A stretch of DNA of 64,000 nt from an uncultured Anaerolinea sp. (GTDB taxonomy: Bacteria; Chloroflexota; Anaerolineae; Anaerolineales; UBA4823), in assembly GCA_964503145.1 (NCBI GenBank), contig CAZCYV010000017.1, forward strand, positions 16,718 to 80,717, in the 5' to 3' direction. Below, in pieces: positions 38,659-46,167 of the stretch. Position 1 is the first letter of the stretch. Each line of letters opens with the position of its first letter. Under the pieces are notes generated by a model. It was given only the letters and a program-made list of their open reading frames with translations, ran no database searches and was not told the DNA's origin. Made by a program: the position numbers and the translations under genes.

Positions 38659-39999
38659 TTAATATTTGCCGTATTCCTTGCCCGCTTCGATCATCGCGTG
38701 CAGGTTCTCGGCCTCAGCGTCATCGAGCACGGCGCCGGTGGAGAGGATATAACCGCCGTCCTGTCCGACTTCGTCGATCAGCTTCTTGACGTAATCTCGG
38801 ACATCCGCCGGCGTGCCCGCTTTGAGCATGGAAACCGGCACATTGCCCCCGAAGCAAGCCCAGCCGCTGAAGCGCTTCTTCACTTCTTTCATGTCGGACT
38901 GGTCGAAGATCCAGATGGTCGAGCCTTTGGGGATATCGTAATCGGCGATGATGTCCAGGCGCTGGTTGTAGCCGCCCTCGACGAACAGATAGGGTACGAT
39001 GCCCTCTTCGATCAGCCCGATGACCACCGCCTTCAAGGTCGGCCAATAGAAGGTCTGGTAGTCCTTGTTGGACATGAACCCATCGGCGCCTTTGTGCAGC
39101 GGGATGAAGCAGATAGGGTTTTTGTTGGTGGTCGCAGAGCGCACGCCCATCTCGATGGCGATCGGCACCAACCGCTCCATCGCCGCCAGCAGCTTCTTGG
39201 GCTGGCGGAACATATCCAGCATGATGGCGCGCGTGCCCCGCAGCGTATCGCCCAGGGTATCGAATGGCGCTTTGGTGAAGCCGCCAATCAGCGGCGGGAT
39301 GCCAAGGGTGGTGATGGTGGCGGCGTCAACGGCCAGAGCAGCCTGAATCCATTCCATCGCCGCCTCGCCCGCCTGGATCAGTTTCTTGAAGGCTTCCAAC
39401 ACCGGCGGGATGCCCACCGGCACCATGAAGCCGCCAATGAAGGGCAGTTCGAGGATGTCCGTGAAGGGCGCCAGCATCGACCACGGAGCGAAAGCGCCGA
39501 AGATGCGCGGCAGGTAGGTGCGCATAAAGAAATCCGACGGATCGCGCAGGAATTGGTCGTAATCCTCGGCCTTCATGTATTCCGCTTCCACGCACTGATA
39601 AGGCGAGGTGGAGGGCACACCATGTCCGGGCCAGCGGTAGAGCTTGTAATCCAGCATCTCGAAGACTTTGCCTGGGCCGTAGATCGGCGCGCTGGAGAGC
39701 GAGTCGGGCTGGAAGTCCTGGTGATATTTTTTCAGCGCGTAGCCCAGTTTATCGTAATCGTACATCGCCTCTTCGGGCGTCACCCCCGTGTAGGCAAAGG
39801 GATAAAATCCGACGGTGGGGCACACAGGCACGCGAACCGGCTTCTTGAGTTGCACCACATCCTTGATCATTTGCACGCGCTCTTTGTAGGCGCGTTCAGC
39901 TTCAGGGCTGGCAAATTGCACACCCTCGGGCGAAAGCCAGGCCTGAAAGCGGGCTTCCTGTTTCTCGGCTGGGGTAAGTTTGCTCCAGTTAGCGTCCAT
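38659..39999 (-). CDS. Uroporphyrinogen-decarboxylase (URO-D) superfamily methyltransferase, the candidate substrate:corrinoid methyltransferase (MT1)
   Basis: 446 aa. The C-terminal region GGNVPVSMLKAGTPADVRDYVKKLIDEVGQDGGYILSTGAVLDDAEAENLHAMIEAG is typical of URO-D/MtaA-like TIM barrels. No HxC zinc motif is seen. It lies 3 nt downstream of the corrinoid protein gene. Confidence 0.75.
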   Translation of the reverse strand: MDANWSKLTPAEKQEARFQAWLSPEGVQFASPEAERAYKERVQMIKDVVQLKKPVRVPVCPTVGFYPFAYTGVTPEEAMYDYDKLGYALKKYHQDFQPDSLSSAPIYGPGKVFEMLDYKLYRWPGHGVPSTSPYQCVEAEYMKAEDYDQFLRDPSDFFMRTYLPRIFGAFAPWSMLAPFTDILELPFIGGFMVPVGIPPVLEAFKKLIQAGEAAMEWIQAALAVDAATITTLGIPPLIGGFTKAPFDTLGDTLRGTRAIMLDMFRQPKKLLAAMERLVPIAIEMGVRSATTNKNPICFIPLHKGADGFMSNKDYQTFYWPTLKAVVIGLIEEGIVPYLFVEGGYNQRLDIIADYDIPKGSTIWIFDQSDMKEVKKRFSGWACFGGNVPVSMLKAGTPADVRDYVKKLIDEVGQDGGYILSTGAVLDDAEAENLHAMIEAGKEYGKY

Positions 40000-40002
40000 G
40001 GG

Positions 40003-40629
40003 TCACACTCCATACCATCCCTTGGCCAGGTTGACGGCGGTCATGGCATCTTTACCGTAGGCGTCCGCCCCGGTGTATTCCTTGATTTGGGCGTCGATCT
40101 GCCCACCCCCGATCATCACTTTGACATCTGTCAGCCCGGCGGCCTTCAGCGCCTCCACGGTGGCCTTCATCGGGTCATAAGCCAGGGTCAGGAATCCGCT
40201 CAAGCCGACCACCTTTGCGCCGGTCTGCTTTGCCGCCTCGACGAATTTGGCCGGCGGCACATCCACCCCCAAATCGGTGACCTCGAAACCGTTCACATCC
40301 AGCATGAAGGCCACAATGTCCTTGGCGATGTCATGGATATCGCCTTCCACCGTGCCGATGACCACCTTGCCCAGCTTTGTCGCTTCGGCGGTCTGCTGCA
40401 GGCGCGGCTTGATGATTTCCGTGACCTGGCGGAGCATCTCGCCCGCCAGGATCAACTCGGGGATGAAACAATCCCCCGCTTCGAAGCGCTTGCCGATCAC
40501 TTCCATCGCCTGGCGGCAGTCCTCCAGCACCTCCAGCGGAGAGACCCCCGCCTCCAGCATCTGGTTGGTGATCTTCAATGCATCTTCCTCACGCATATCT
40601 GTGATCGCATCGATCAATTCTTGGGACAT
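40003..40629 (-). CDS. Corrinoid (cobalamin-binding) protein, MtaC/MtbC-like
   Basis: 208 aa with an N-terminal helical cap domain and a Rossmann B12-binding domain. The His-on motif is GTVEGDIHDIAKD (DxHxxA variant of DxHxxG), with GLSGFLT and MIGGGQ. Confidence 0.92.
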   Translation of the reverse strand: MSQELIDAITDMREEDALKITNQMLEAGVSPLEVLEDCRQAMEVIGKRFEAGDCFIPELILAGEMLRQVTEIIKPRLQQTAEATKLGKVVIGTVEGDIHDIAKDIVAFMLDVNGFEVTDLGVDVPPAKFVEAAKQTGAKVVGLSGFLTLAYDPMKATVEALKAAGLTDVKVMIGGGQIDAQIKEYTGADAYGKDAMTAVNLAKGWYGV

Positions 40630-40675
40630 GTTTTCGGAACTCCTTTCTTTTGCTTTGGGCCGATTAAAACAAGGT

Positions 40676-41482
40676 TTATTCGCCGGATCTATCGAAAATC
40701 CCTTTGCGGGAGGCGCGAATGAAGTTCATACAGTAGGCGTCTCGACCGAGCAGCAGTTCAGTGGTCAGAATGGCGGCCTGAATCTCACGGTCGAGCGGAT
40801 CCAAGATGGCGCTATCCAATCCATTCTGAATCGCCAGGCTCAGGAAGTAGCGATTGATAAAGGAGCGCGCCGGCAGGCCGAAAGAAATATTGCTCAGCCC
40901 GATCGTCAGGTGCGCCTGCGGGAACTCCTGACGCACCAGGCGCATGGTGTCGAAGGCGATCACGGCGCTCTGAGTGTTGGTGGAGATGGTCATCGCCAAG
41001 GGGTCGATGTACAGATGATCGTCCGGCACCCCCATCTGGCGCGCTTCTGCGACCACCTTGCAGATCACCTCGAAGCGTTTTTCGCTGGTCTCGGGGATCT
41101 TCTTCTCGTCCATCGCCAGGGCGATCACCGGACAACCATGTTCGGCGACGATCGGCAGGACATGGGTCAGCCGATCCGGCTCGCCGCTGATCGAATTGAT
41201 CATCGGCGTCTGCTTCACCGCTTCCACGGCGATTTTCAAAGCTTGCGGATTGGCGCTATCCAGACACAGAGGGGTGTCCACGACAGCCTGGATGGTATCG
41301 ATCAGCCAGAGCAGATCCTCCGGCTCCCGGCTGGGATGCGTGCCCGCGTTCACATCCAGCCAGGCCGCTCCGGCTTCGCTCTGCTTTTTGGCCAGGCCAG
41401 CAATGTAATCGGCGTCGCGCTCGGCGATGGCCTGGGCAACGCGCTTGCGAGTGCCATTGATTTTTTCTCCGATGATTTTCAT
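40676..41482 (-). CDS. Methyltetrahydrofolate:corrinoid methyltransferase (pterin-binding, MeTr/AcsE/MtgA-like), the candidate MT2
   Basis: 268 aa pterin-binding TIM barrel: IIGEKINGTRK, LDVNAG, PLCLDSANP, INSISGE, YIDPL and GLSNISFGLP. Confidence 0.85.
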   Translation of the reverse strand: MKIIGEKINGTRKRVAQAIAERDADYIAGLAKKQSEAGAAWLDVNAGTHPSREPEDLLWLIDTIQAVVDTPLCLDSANPQALKIAVEAVKQTPMINSISGEPDRLTHVLPIVAEHGCPVIALAMDEKKIPETSEKRFEVICKVVAEARQMGVPDDHLYIDPLAMTISTNTQSAVIAFDTMRLVRQEFPQAHLTIGLSNISFGLPARSFINRYFLSLAIQNGLDSAILDPLDREIQAAILTTELLLGRDAYCMNFIRASRKGIFDRSGE

Positions 41483-41488
41483 GCGACT

Positions 41489-43327
41489 TCAATTCTCCCT
41501 GGGTGGGAATAGCATTGCCAGCGCAAACTGGCGGCTGAAATTGGGATAGGTGGTCAATTCCAGGTAGCGTGTGCGGCGAGCGATTTCCTGGGCGCGCTGG
41601 CGGGCGGCGCGCGAGATCAGGATCCATTTCGCCCCCAACGCGGCGGCGTTGCCCACCTGGCGATAGCGGGCATTTGGCAGGTGAGGAAACAACCCCATGT
41701 CGATCGCATTCTGGATGTTCAGGAAAGAACCAAACGCTCCGGCGACGATCACCTGTTGCACCGCCTCTGGCGGCGTACCGGTGGTTTCCAGCAAAATGTT
41801 CAACCCTGCCTGGATGGCGCCTTTGGCAAGCTGTATCTCGTTGACATCCTCTTGGGTAATCGAGATATCCCGGCCGCTGCCGCTGCGTTTTGCGGGTACG
41901 AGCACAAATTCGAGCCCGTGATCGCCCTGGCGGATGCCATCGCGATCGCGTTGAAAGCGCCCTCGCGCGTTCAGGTATCCCGCCTTGTACAGTTCAGCCA
42001 CCGCATCCAGGATGCCCGAGCCGCATAGCCCTACGGCCGGCTGATCTTCCACAGTGGTCAACTCCGGGCCGCGAGCGCTGATGCGCACTTTCTCGATCGC
42101 CCCTGCAGCAGCGCGCATGCCATCCCGAATGTGAGCGCCCTCGAAAGCTGGACCCGAAGCGCAAGAGACCGCAGTCAGGAAGGGTTGCGCGGGCAGGCGC
42201 AGGCTGATCTCGGTATTAGTGCCGATGTCCAATCCCAGGGTTACCTGATCGCTCTGATCCAGGTCGCTCGCCAACACCATCGCCACATGGTCGGCGCCGA
42301 CGAATCCGCCAATGCTGGGCGGGATATGGATAGTTGCGCCGGGCGCCATCTCCAACCCAATCTCGCTGGCGGGCACATCCAGCGCCGAGGAGGCGGCCGC
42401 CACGTAGGGCGCAGTGGCGAGCTGGCGCACGGGGAATTGCAGCAACAGGTGGATCATCGCAGTATTGCCCACAATGCAGGCTTCTGCTACCTGCTCTCTG
42501 CTTGCGCCAGCCCGGCGCAGCAAGTCGCCAAGCATTTCGTCCAGCGCCTGGCGCACCTTTTCGGCCAGAAGTTGTCCGCCATTGGCATTGCGCACGACGT
42601 GGTTCAGGCGGCTGATCACATCCTCGCCGTAACTGATCTGCGGATTTGGCGCGCCGGCCGAGGCCAGATCGGCGCCTGTTTCCAGATCCACCAGGAAAGC
42701 GGCGATCTTGGTCGTCCCCAGGTCGATCGCCAGGCCGAGCGGCCTTTCGCCAGCTGGTCGCACGCCCAGGATCGCGCCATCGCGCACGAAGACGCTGGCG
42801 CGCCAGCCCGTCGAACGCAGCGCGCCCGGCAGGCTGCGGATCAGCGATGCGCTGGCCTGTAACCCGCTGAGGCCATACCGGCTTTCCAATTCATCTGTGA
42901 GGCGGGTCAGATCCGAGCGCACATCCTCTAGCTTCGGCGGTTCAAGCTCTACCGCATAAGCGCGCACCAGCGGATCGGGCGGCGCCGGGCGCAGGTTGCT
43001 TTCGACCTGCAATCGCTGGCCGGTAATCAGAGAATCTTTGGGGAGATGGAGTTTGACATCGCTCAAAACCCGGGCGCAACAGGCCAGCCGGTAACCGTTG
43101 AGCTGGTCGGCTTCGTCGAGCAAAAAGTTTTCGTCTGCATTCAGCGGGCTGACTTCCCCGGCAAGCAGCACCACCCGGCACTGCCCGCAATCCCCTTCAC
43201 CGCCGCAAGCCGAAGCCAGGTCGATGCCGGCCTGGCGGGCGGCATCCAGGATAGTCGCCCCCGCGGCCACCCGAACGCGTTTGCCCAGCGGCTGGAATTG
43301 AACCTGCAGCGTCTGCGGCGCGTCCAT
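41489..43327 (-). CDS. Reductive activator of corrinoid enzymes (RACE/RamA-like: N-terminal 2Fe-2S ferredoxin plus ASKHA ATPase)
   Basis: 612 aa with a plant-type ferredoxin motif (CGGEGDCGQCRV...YRLACCARV) followed by an actin/sugar-kinase-like fold (GLAIDLGTTKIAAFLVD, GLDIGTNTEI, LCGSGILDA). Confidence 0.85.
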   Translation of the reverse strand: MDAPQTLQVQFQPLGKRVRVAAGATILDAARQAGIDLASACGGEGDCGQCRVVLLAGEVSPLNADENFLLDEADQLNGYRLACCARVLSDVKLHLPKDSLITGQRLQVESNLRPAPPDPLVRAYAVELEPPKLEDVRSDLTRLTDELESRYGLSGLQASASLIRSLPGALRSTGWRASVFVRDGAILGVRPAGERPLGLAIDLGTTKIAAFLVDLETGADLASAGAPNPQISYGEDVISRLNHVVRNANGGQLLAEKVRQALDEMLGDLLRRAGASREQVAEACIVGNTAMIHLLLQFPVRQLATAPYVAAASSALDVPASEIGLEMAPGATIHIPPSIGGFVGADHVAMVLASDLDQSDQVTLGLDIGTNTEISLRLPAQPFLTAVSCASGPAFEGAHIRDGMRAAAGAIEKVRISARGPELTTVEDQPAVGLCGSGILDAVAELYKAGYLNARGRFQRDRDGIRQGDHGLEFVLVPAKRSGSGRDISITQEDVNEIQLAKGAIQAGLNILLETTGTPPEAVQQVIVAGAFGSFLNIQNAIDMGLFPHLPNARYRQVGNAAALGAKWILISRAARQRAQEIARRTRYLELTTYPNFSRQFALAMLFPPREN

Positions 43328-43329
43328 GG

Positions 43330-44043
43330 CTACGCAGCGGAGTTATCCGGGAAAAAGCTGGCGTTGCCTGTGCTGGCGCCAGCGGCGCGAAAATCCAGGT
43401 AACTGATGGTCTGCCCTGGCGGGACGACTAGAAAATCATCGTCCCAGGGGCCGGTGAGCAACTTCAAGACCAGGGCGTTCGAGCCAGGGATCTCCTCGAA
43501 GCGCAGGTTGAACTTCTCCGCCGTCTTGCGCGCGTAATCCACATAGGCCTGCTTATCGCCGCGACCTGTATCGATGTACACCAGCCGGGTGTAGTTCTTG
43601 AGCATGGCGTGCATGATCCAATCGGCGCGTTCCTGACCGTATTGAGCCACCAGGCGCTCATATTCGTCGAACGGCGTGTCGGCGACTTCGATCCAACCTT
43701 TGGTCAGGTAATAGGTGCCAGGTTCTTTCCTTGACTGCTCAGAATAAGCCTCTCGGGAACCCAGGAATATGGCAATGCAATCGTCCACCCGCGGGATGAC
43801 CAATGTACAGTTGTTGGCCTTCAGGCCAATCACCGCCATGGAACACAGCCCATAGCCCAAAAGCAGGGTATCAAAAGAATCGCAGGAAGCGTCCACTGCT
43901 TCCTGCAATTTTTCCTTCAGAGTTCCTGGAGAGAGGTGAAGGCCGAAGTCCAGCACCTGGTAAGCCATGCCTTCGGGCATGAAGGGCAGCATCTCTTCGA
44001 TCACCGTAGCGCAGGCGATAATTTTTGTGCGGTCTGGGTTCAT
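43330..44043 (-). CDS. DUF1638 domain protein
   Basis: 237 aa. The pattern KIIACATVIEEM...LLLGYGLCS...IPRVDDCIAIFLGS...YYLTKGW matches what I recall of DUF1638, a family seen next to corrinoid methyltransferase genes. Its stop is 2 nt from the RACE start. Confidence 0.75.
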   Translation of the reverse strand: MNPDRTKIIACATVIEEMLPFMPEGMAYQVLDFGLHLSPGTLKEKLQEAVDASCDSFDTLLLGYGLCSMAVIGLKANNCTLVIPRVDDCIAIFLGSREAYSEQSRKEPGTYYLTKGWIEVADTPFDEYERLVAQYGQERADWIMHAMLKNYTRLVYIDTGRGDKQAYVDYARKTAEKFNLRFEEIPGSNALVLKLLTGPWDDDFLVVPPGQTISYLDFRAAGASTGNASFFPDNSAA

Positions 44044-44051
44044 CCTATTAA

Positions 44052-44091
44052 CCTATATAGTTATATAGGGAAGTCAGGAATATAGTATAAT
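44052..44091. promoter_or_regulatory. AT-rich divergent control region with an inverted repeat, a candidate GntR operator
   Basis: CCTATATA-GT-TATATAGG is a perfect 8-bp inverted repeat at 44052-44069. A further ATATAG lies at 44080-44085 and TATAAT at 44086-44091. The region sits between divergent DUF1638 and gntR genes in an otherwise GC-rich sequence. Confidence 0.45.
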
Positions 44092-44137
44092 ATGTCTGCG
44101 CAATAATTGTCAAGGCCAAAGCCACCCTGGCGATCTT

Positions 44138-44905
44138 ATGACACTCGGAAGGCGAAGTACCACAAAAAACGCGTATCAGATTGATCGCGACTCTTTCGAA
44201 CCCGCCTATCTACAACTGGCGAATATCTTACGCCGCCAGATTGCTGAGGGCGTCTTTCGGCCAGGCGATCAACTCCCTTCAGAAGCGCAGTTGGTCAGCC
44301 GTTATGGCGTCAGCCCGATGACGGTGCGCCGTTCGATCAATCTGCTGGCAGATCAGGGCGTGGTGAGCACTGCTCAGGGACGCGGCACCTTCGTCAAGGC
44401 GCTGGAGCTGAGCACGGCAATCTTCGACCTGCAAGACCTGGCCGATCTGTTTAAGGACGCCCCCGAAGACAGCATCCGGCTGCTGGATGTGCGCGTGGTC
44501 TCTGCAGACGAACGCACGGCGCGCAAGCTCGACCTGAAACCCGGCGATCCGGCGATCTACATCCGCCGCCTGTTCACCCGCGAGGATCTGCCGATCTTCT
44601 ATCATCGCGCCTATCTGATTTATGATCCCACCCGCCCCATCGTCGAGGCCGAGATGGACGTGACCTCTCTTCAAGGCCTGTTCACCAATGCGAACAACAG
44701 CCTGCTCAAATGCGGTCACTTGAAGATCGAAGCCACTCTGATGACCGAAGAAGAGGCCCGGCTGCTCAAGAAACCTCTGCCGGCGGCCGCGTTTCTCCTG
44801 GAGCACGTTTTCTTCGACTTCGACGGCCGGCCGATCAGTTGGGGCTGGTTCATTTTCCCGGGAGATCGCCTGCGCTTTCAGACCAAAGTGGGGATCGACG
44901 CCTAA
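44138..44905 (+). CDS. GntR family transcriptional regulator (HutC subfamily, UTRA effector domain)
   Basis: 255 aa with a winged HTH (LPSEAQLVSRYGVSPMTVRRSINLLADQGVVSTAQGRGTFV) and a UTRA-like C-terminal domain. Confidence 0.9.
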   Translation: MTLGRRSTTKNAYQIDRDSFEPAYLQLANILRRQIAEGVFRPGDQLPSEAQLVSRYGVSPMTVRRSINLLADQGVVSTAQGRGTFVKALELSTAIFDLQDLADLFKDAPEDSIRLLDVRVVSADERTARKLDLKPGDPAIYIRRLFTREDLPIFYHRAYLIYDPTRPIVEAEMDVTSLQGLFTNANNSLLKCGHLKIEATLMTEEEARLLKKPLPAAAFLLEHVFFDFDGRPISWGWFIFPGDRLRFQTKVGIDA

Positions 44906-44937
44906 ACCTTTCACCCTGCGACTTCGAAAAGGCAACT

Positions 44938-45609
44938 ATGGAACGACCTTTGAATGATAACGATCTCAGCAGCCAGCTCATTCGCTATGTGGCCGACTTG
45001 AAAGAGCAGGAAGCTCTGGCGCTGGTGCGGGAGCGGGTGGCTCAAAACGACGATCCGTTGTTGCTGGTGGAAAATTGCCAGGAAGGGTTGCGCATCGTCG
45101 GCGAACGCTATGAGCGCCAGGAGTACTATCTTTCTGGTCTGATTATGGCCGGAGAAATCTTCCGCGAGGTCATGGAAATCCTGGCCCCGATCATCGAGGG
45201 GCGCTTTTCGGGCAGCGAAAGCGGGGTCATCCTGCTGGGCACCGTGGAAGGGGATATCCACGACATCGGCAAGAACAACCTGAGCCTGCTGCTGACCTGT
45301 TACGGCTTTACTGTGAACGACCTGGGGGTAGATGTGCCTCCTGGGGAGTTTTTGTCTCAGGCGATGCAGCTCAAACCGGATATCATCGGCCTTTCCGGCC
45401 TGCTGACCAGTTCATACGATAGTATGCGCGCCACCGTGCAGTTACTGCGCTCGGCTTCGGATCACAGCGTCGCTGCCATCCCAATCGTCATCGGCGGCAA
45501 CCAACTCAACGAACAGGTATGCCAGTATGTGGGCGCTGACGCCTGGGTGACAGATGCCATGTCGGGTGTGCGCCTGTTCCAGAAGCTGATCGCTCAGCGG
45601 CAACAATAG
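44938..45609 (+). CDS. Second corrinoid (cobalamin-binding) protein
   Basis: Start moved to ATG 44938 (MERPLNDND). Cap domain plus B12-binding domain with the canonical GTVEGDIHDIGKN (DxHxxG), GLSGLLT and VIGGNQ. It lies 32 nt downstream of gntR on the same strand. Confidence 0.9.
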   Translation: MERPLNDNDLSSQLIRYVADLKEQEALALVRERVAQNDDPLLLVENCQEGLRIVGERYERQEYYLSGLIMAGEIFREVMEILAPIIEGRFSGSESGVILLGTVEGDIHDIGKNNLSLLLTCYGFTVNDLGVDVPPGEFLSQAMQLKPDIIGLSGLLTSSYDSMRATVQLLRSASDHSVAAIPIVIGGNQLNEQVCQYVGADAWVTDAMSGVRLFQKLIAQRQQ

Positions 45610-45810
45610 ACCGCGCATGACGGAAATTCGGTGAGTCTGGCCAACGGCGACAGCATCGAATCCCCCGGCTCCGCAGCGCGCACCTCAGGGTGAGCCTATC
45701 AGAAGGGTCTGCCGCTGCAACAGCCTGGATTTCGCCGATCCCTCGGCCCAGAAGGGCACAGCCAGGGTTCACAAGAAGTTGGGGGTAGCCCCTTTCACCA
45801 ACACATTTCC

Positions 45811-45838
45811 TTGACTCCGGCAAATGTTGTGGTAAAAT
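45811..45838 (+). promoter_or_regulatory. Strong sigma-70-type promoter candidate about 330 nt upstream of glpF
   Basis: TTGACT (45811-45816), a 16-nt spacer, then TGgTAAAAT (45830-45838). Architecture and the GTGGTAAAAT 10-mer are the same as in the tRNA-Arg promoter at 37197-37224. Confidence 0.5.
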
Positions 45839-45965
45839 CTGCCTGACAATAAACTTGCATTACTGTAAGGATGAGGCCGTCGTATGCTTGGTGATCGAAC
45901 TCGTCTGTGCAGGATTTCAAATTGGGTATCAGTCAGGGAATGGCCCTGGCTTGTCTCTCTAGAAA

Positions 45966-46005
45966 GGCTATCTTTGGACATTCACGTCCAGGGGTAGCTT
46001 TTTTT
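45966..46005 (+). terminator. Intrinsic terminator/attenuator inside the glpF leader
   Basis: 14-bp stem GGCUAUCUUUGGAC (45966-45979) / GUCCAGGGGUAGCU (45986-45999), including several G-U pairs, with loop AUUCAC, followed by U6 (46000-46005). Confidence 0.55.
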
Positions 46006-46167
46006 GTCGGAAGGGTATCCCGATCAATCTGCCTGATCATGGGTATCTGGATCCGTTTCAGGAGGTGCGCTCGAACAAAAGACAATCCTAGTTTCTAACC
46101 TGCCCCCTAACTATTCTATTTCTATCCCCTGTAATTCCAAATCCAGTGATCGAAGGAGAGTGATCGA

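Larger units (their letters stand above)
45783..46047 (+). repeat. Five direct copies of GGGTA(T/G)C in the glpF upstream region
   Basis: Copies are GGGTAGC 45783-45789, GGGTATC 45924-45930, GGGTAGC 45992-45998, GGGTATC 46013-46019 and GGGTATC 46041-46047. All are in the same orientation. Confidence 0.5.

Noticed and set aside
38698-40722. A 674-aa plus-strand ORF spanning three genes of the corrinoid cluster.
   Set aside because: It is antisense to three well-supported minus-strand genes (URO-D-like, corrinoid protein, MeTr). Its product is a low-complexity Arg/Gly/His/Asp-rich sequence with no recognisable motifs. This is a typical shadow ORF of GC-rich DNA.
45615-45715. Weak resemblance to cobalamin-riboswitch elements (GGAAattcGGTGAG... 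and a B12-box-like GAGCCtatCAGAAGGGTCTGCC) just downstream of the second corrinoid protein gene.
   Set aside because: Only about 11 of 15 positions of the B12 box as I recall it match. The core GGTGAAAATCC / CCCGCCACTG-type elements I recall are not convincingly present, and no downstream ORF would be regulated. It is worth a covariance-model scan but cannot be supported by eye.
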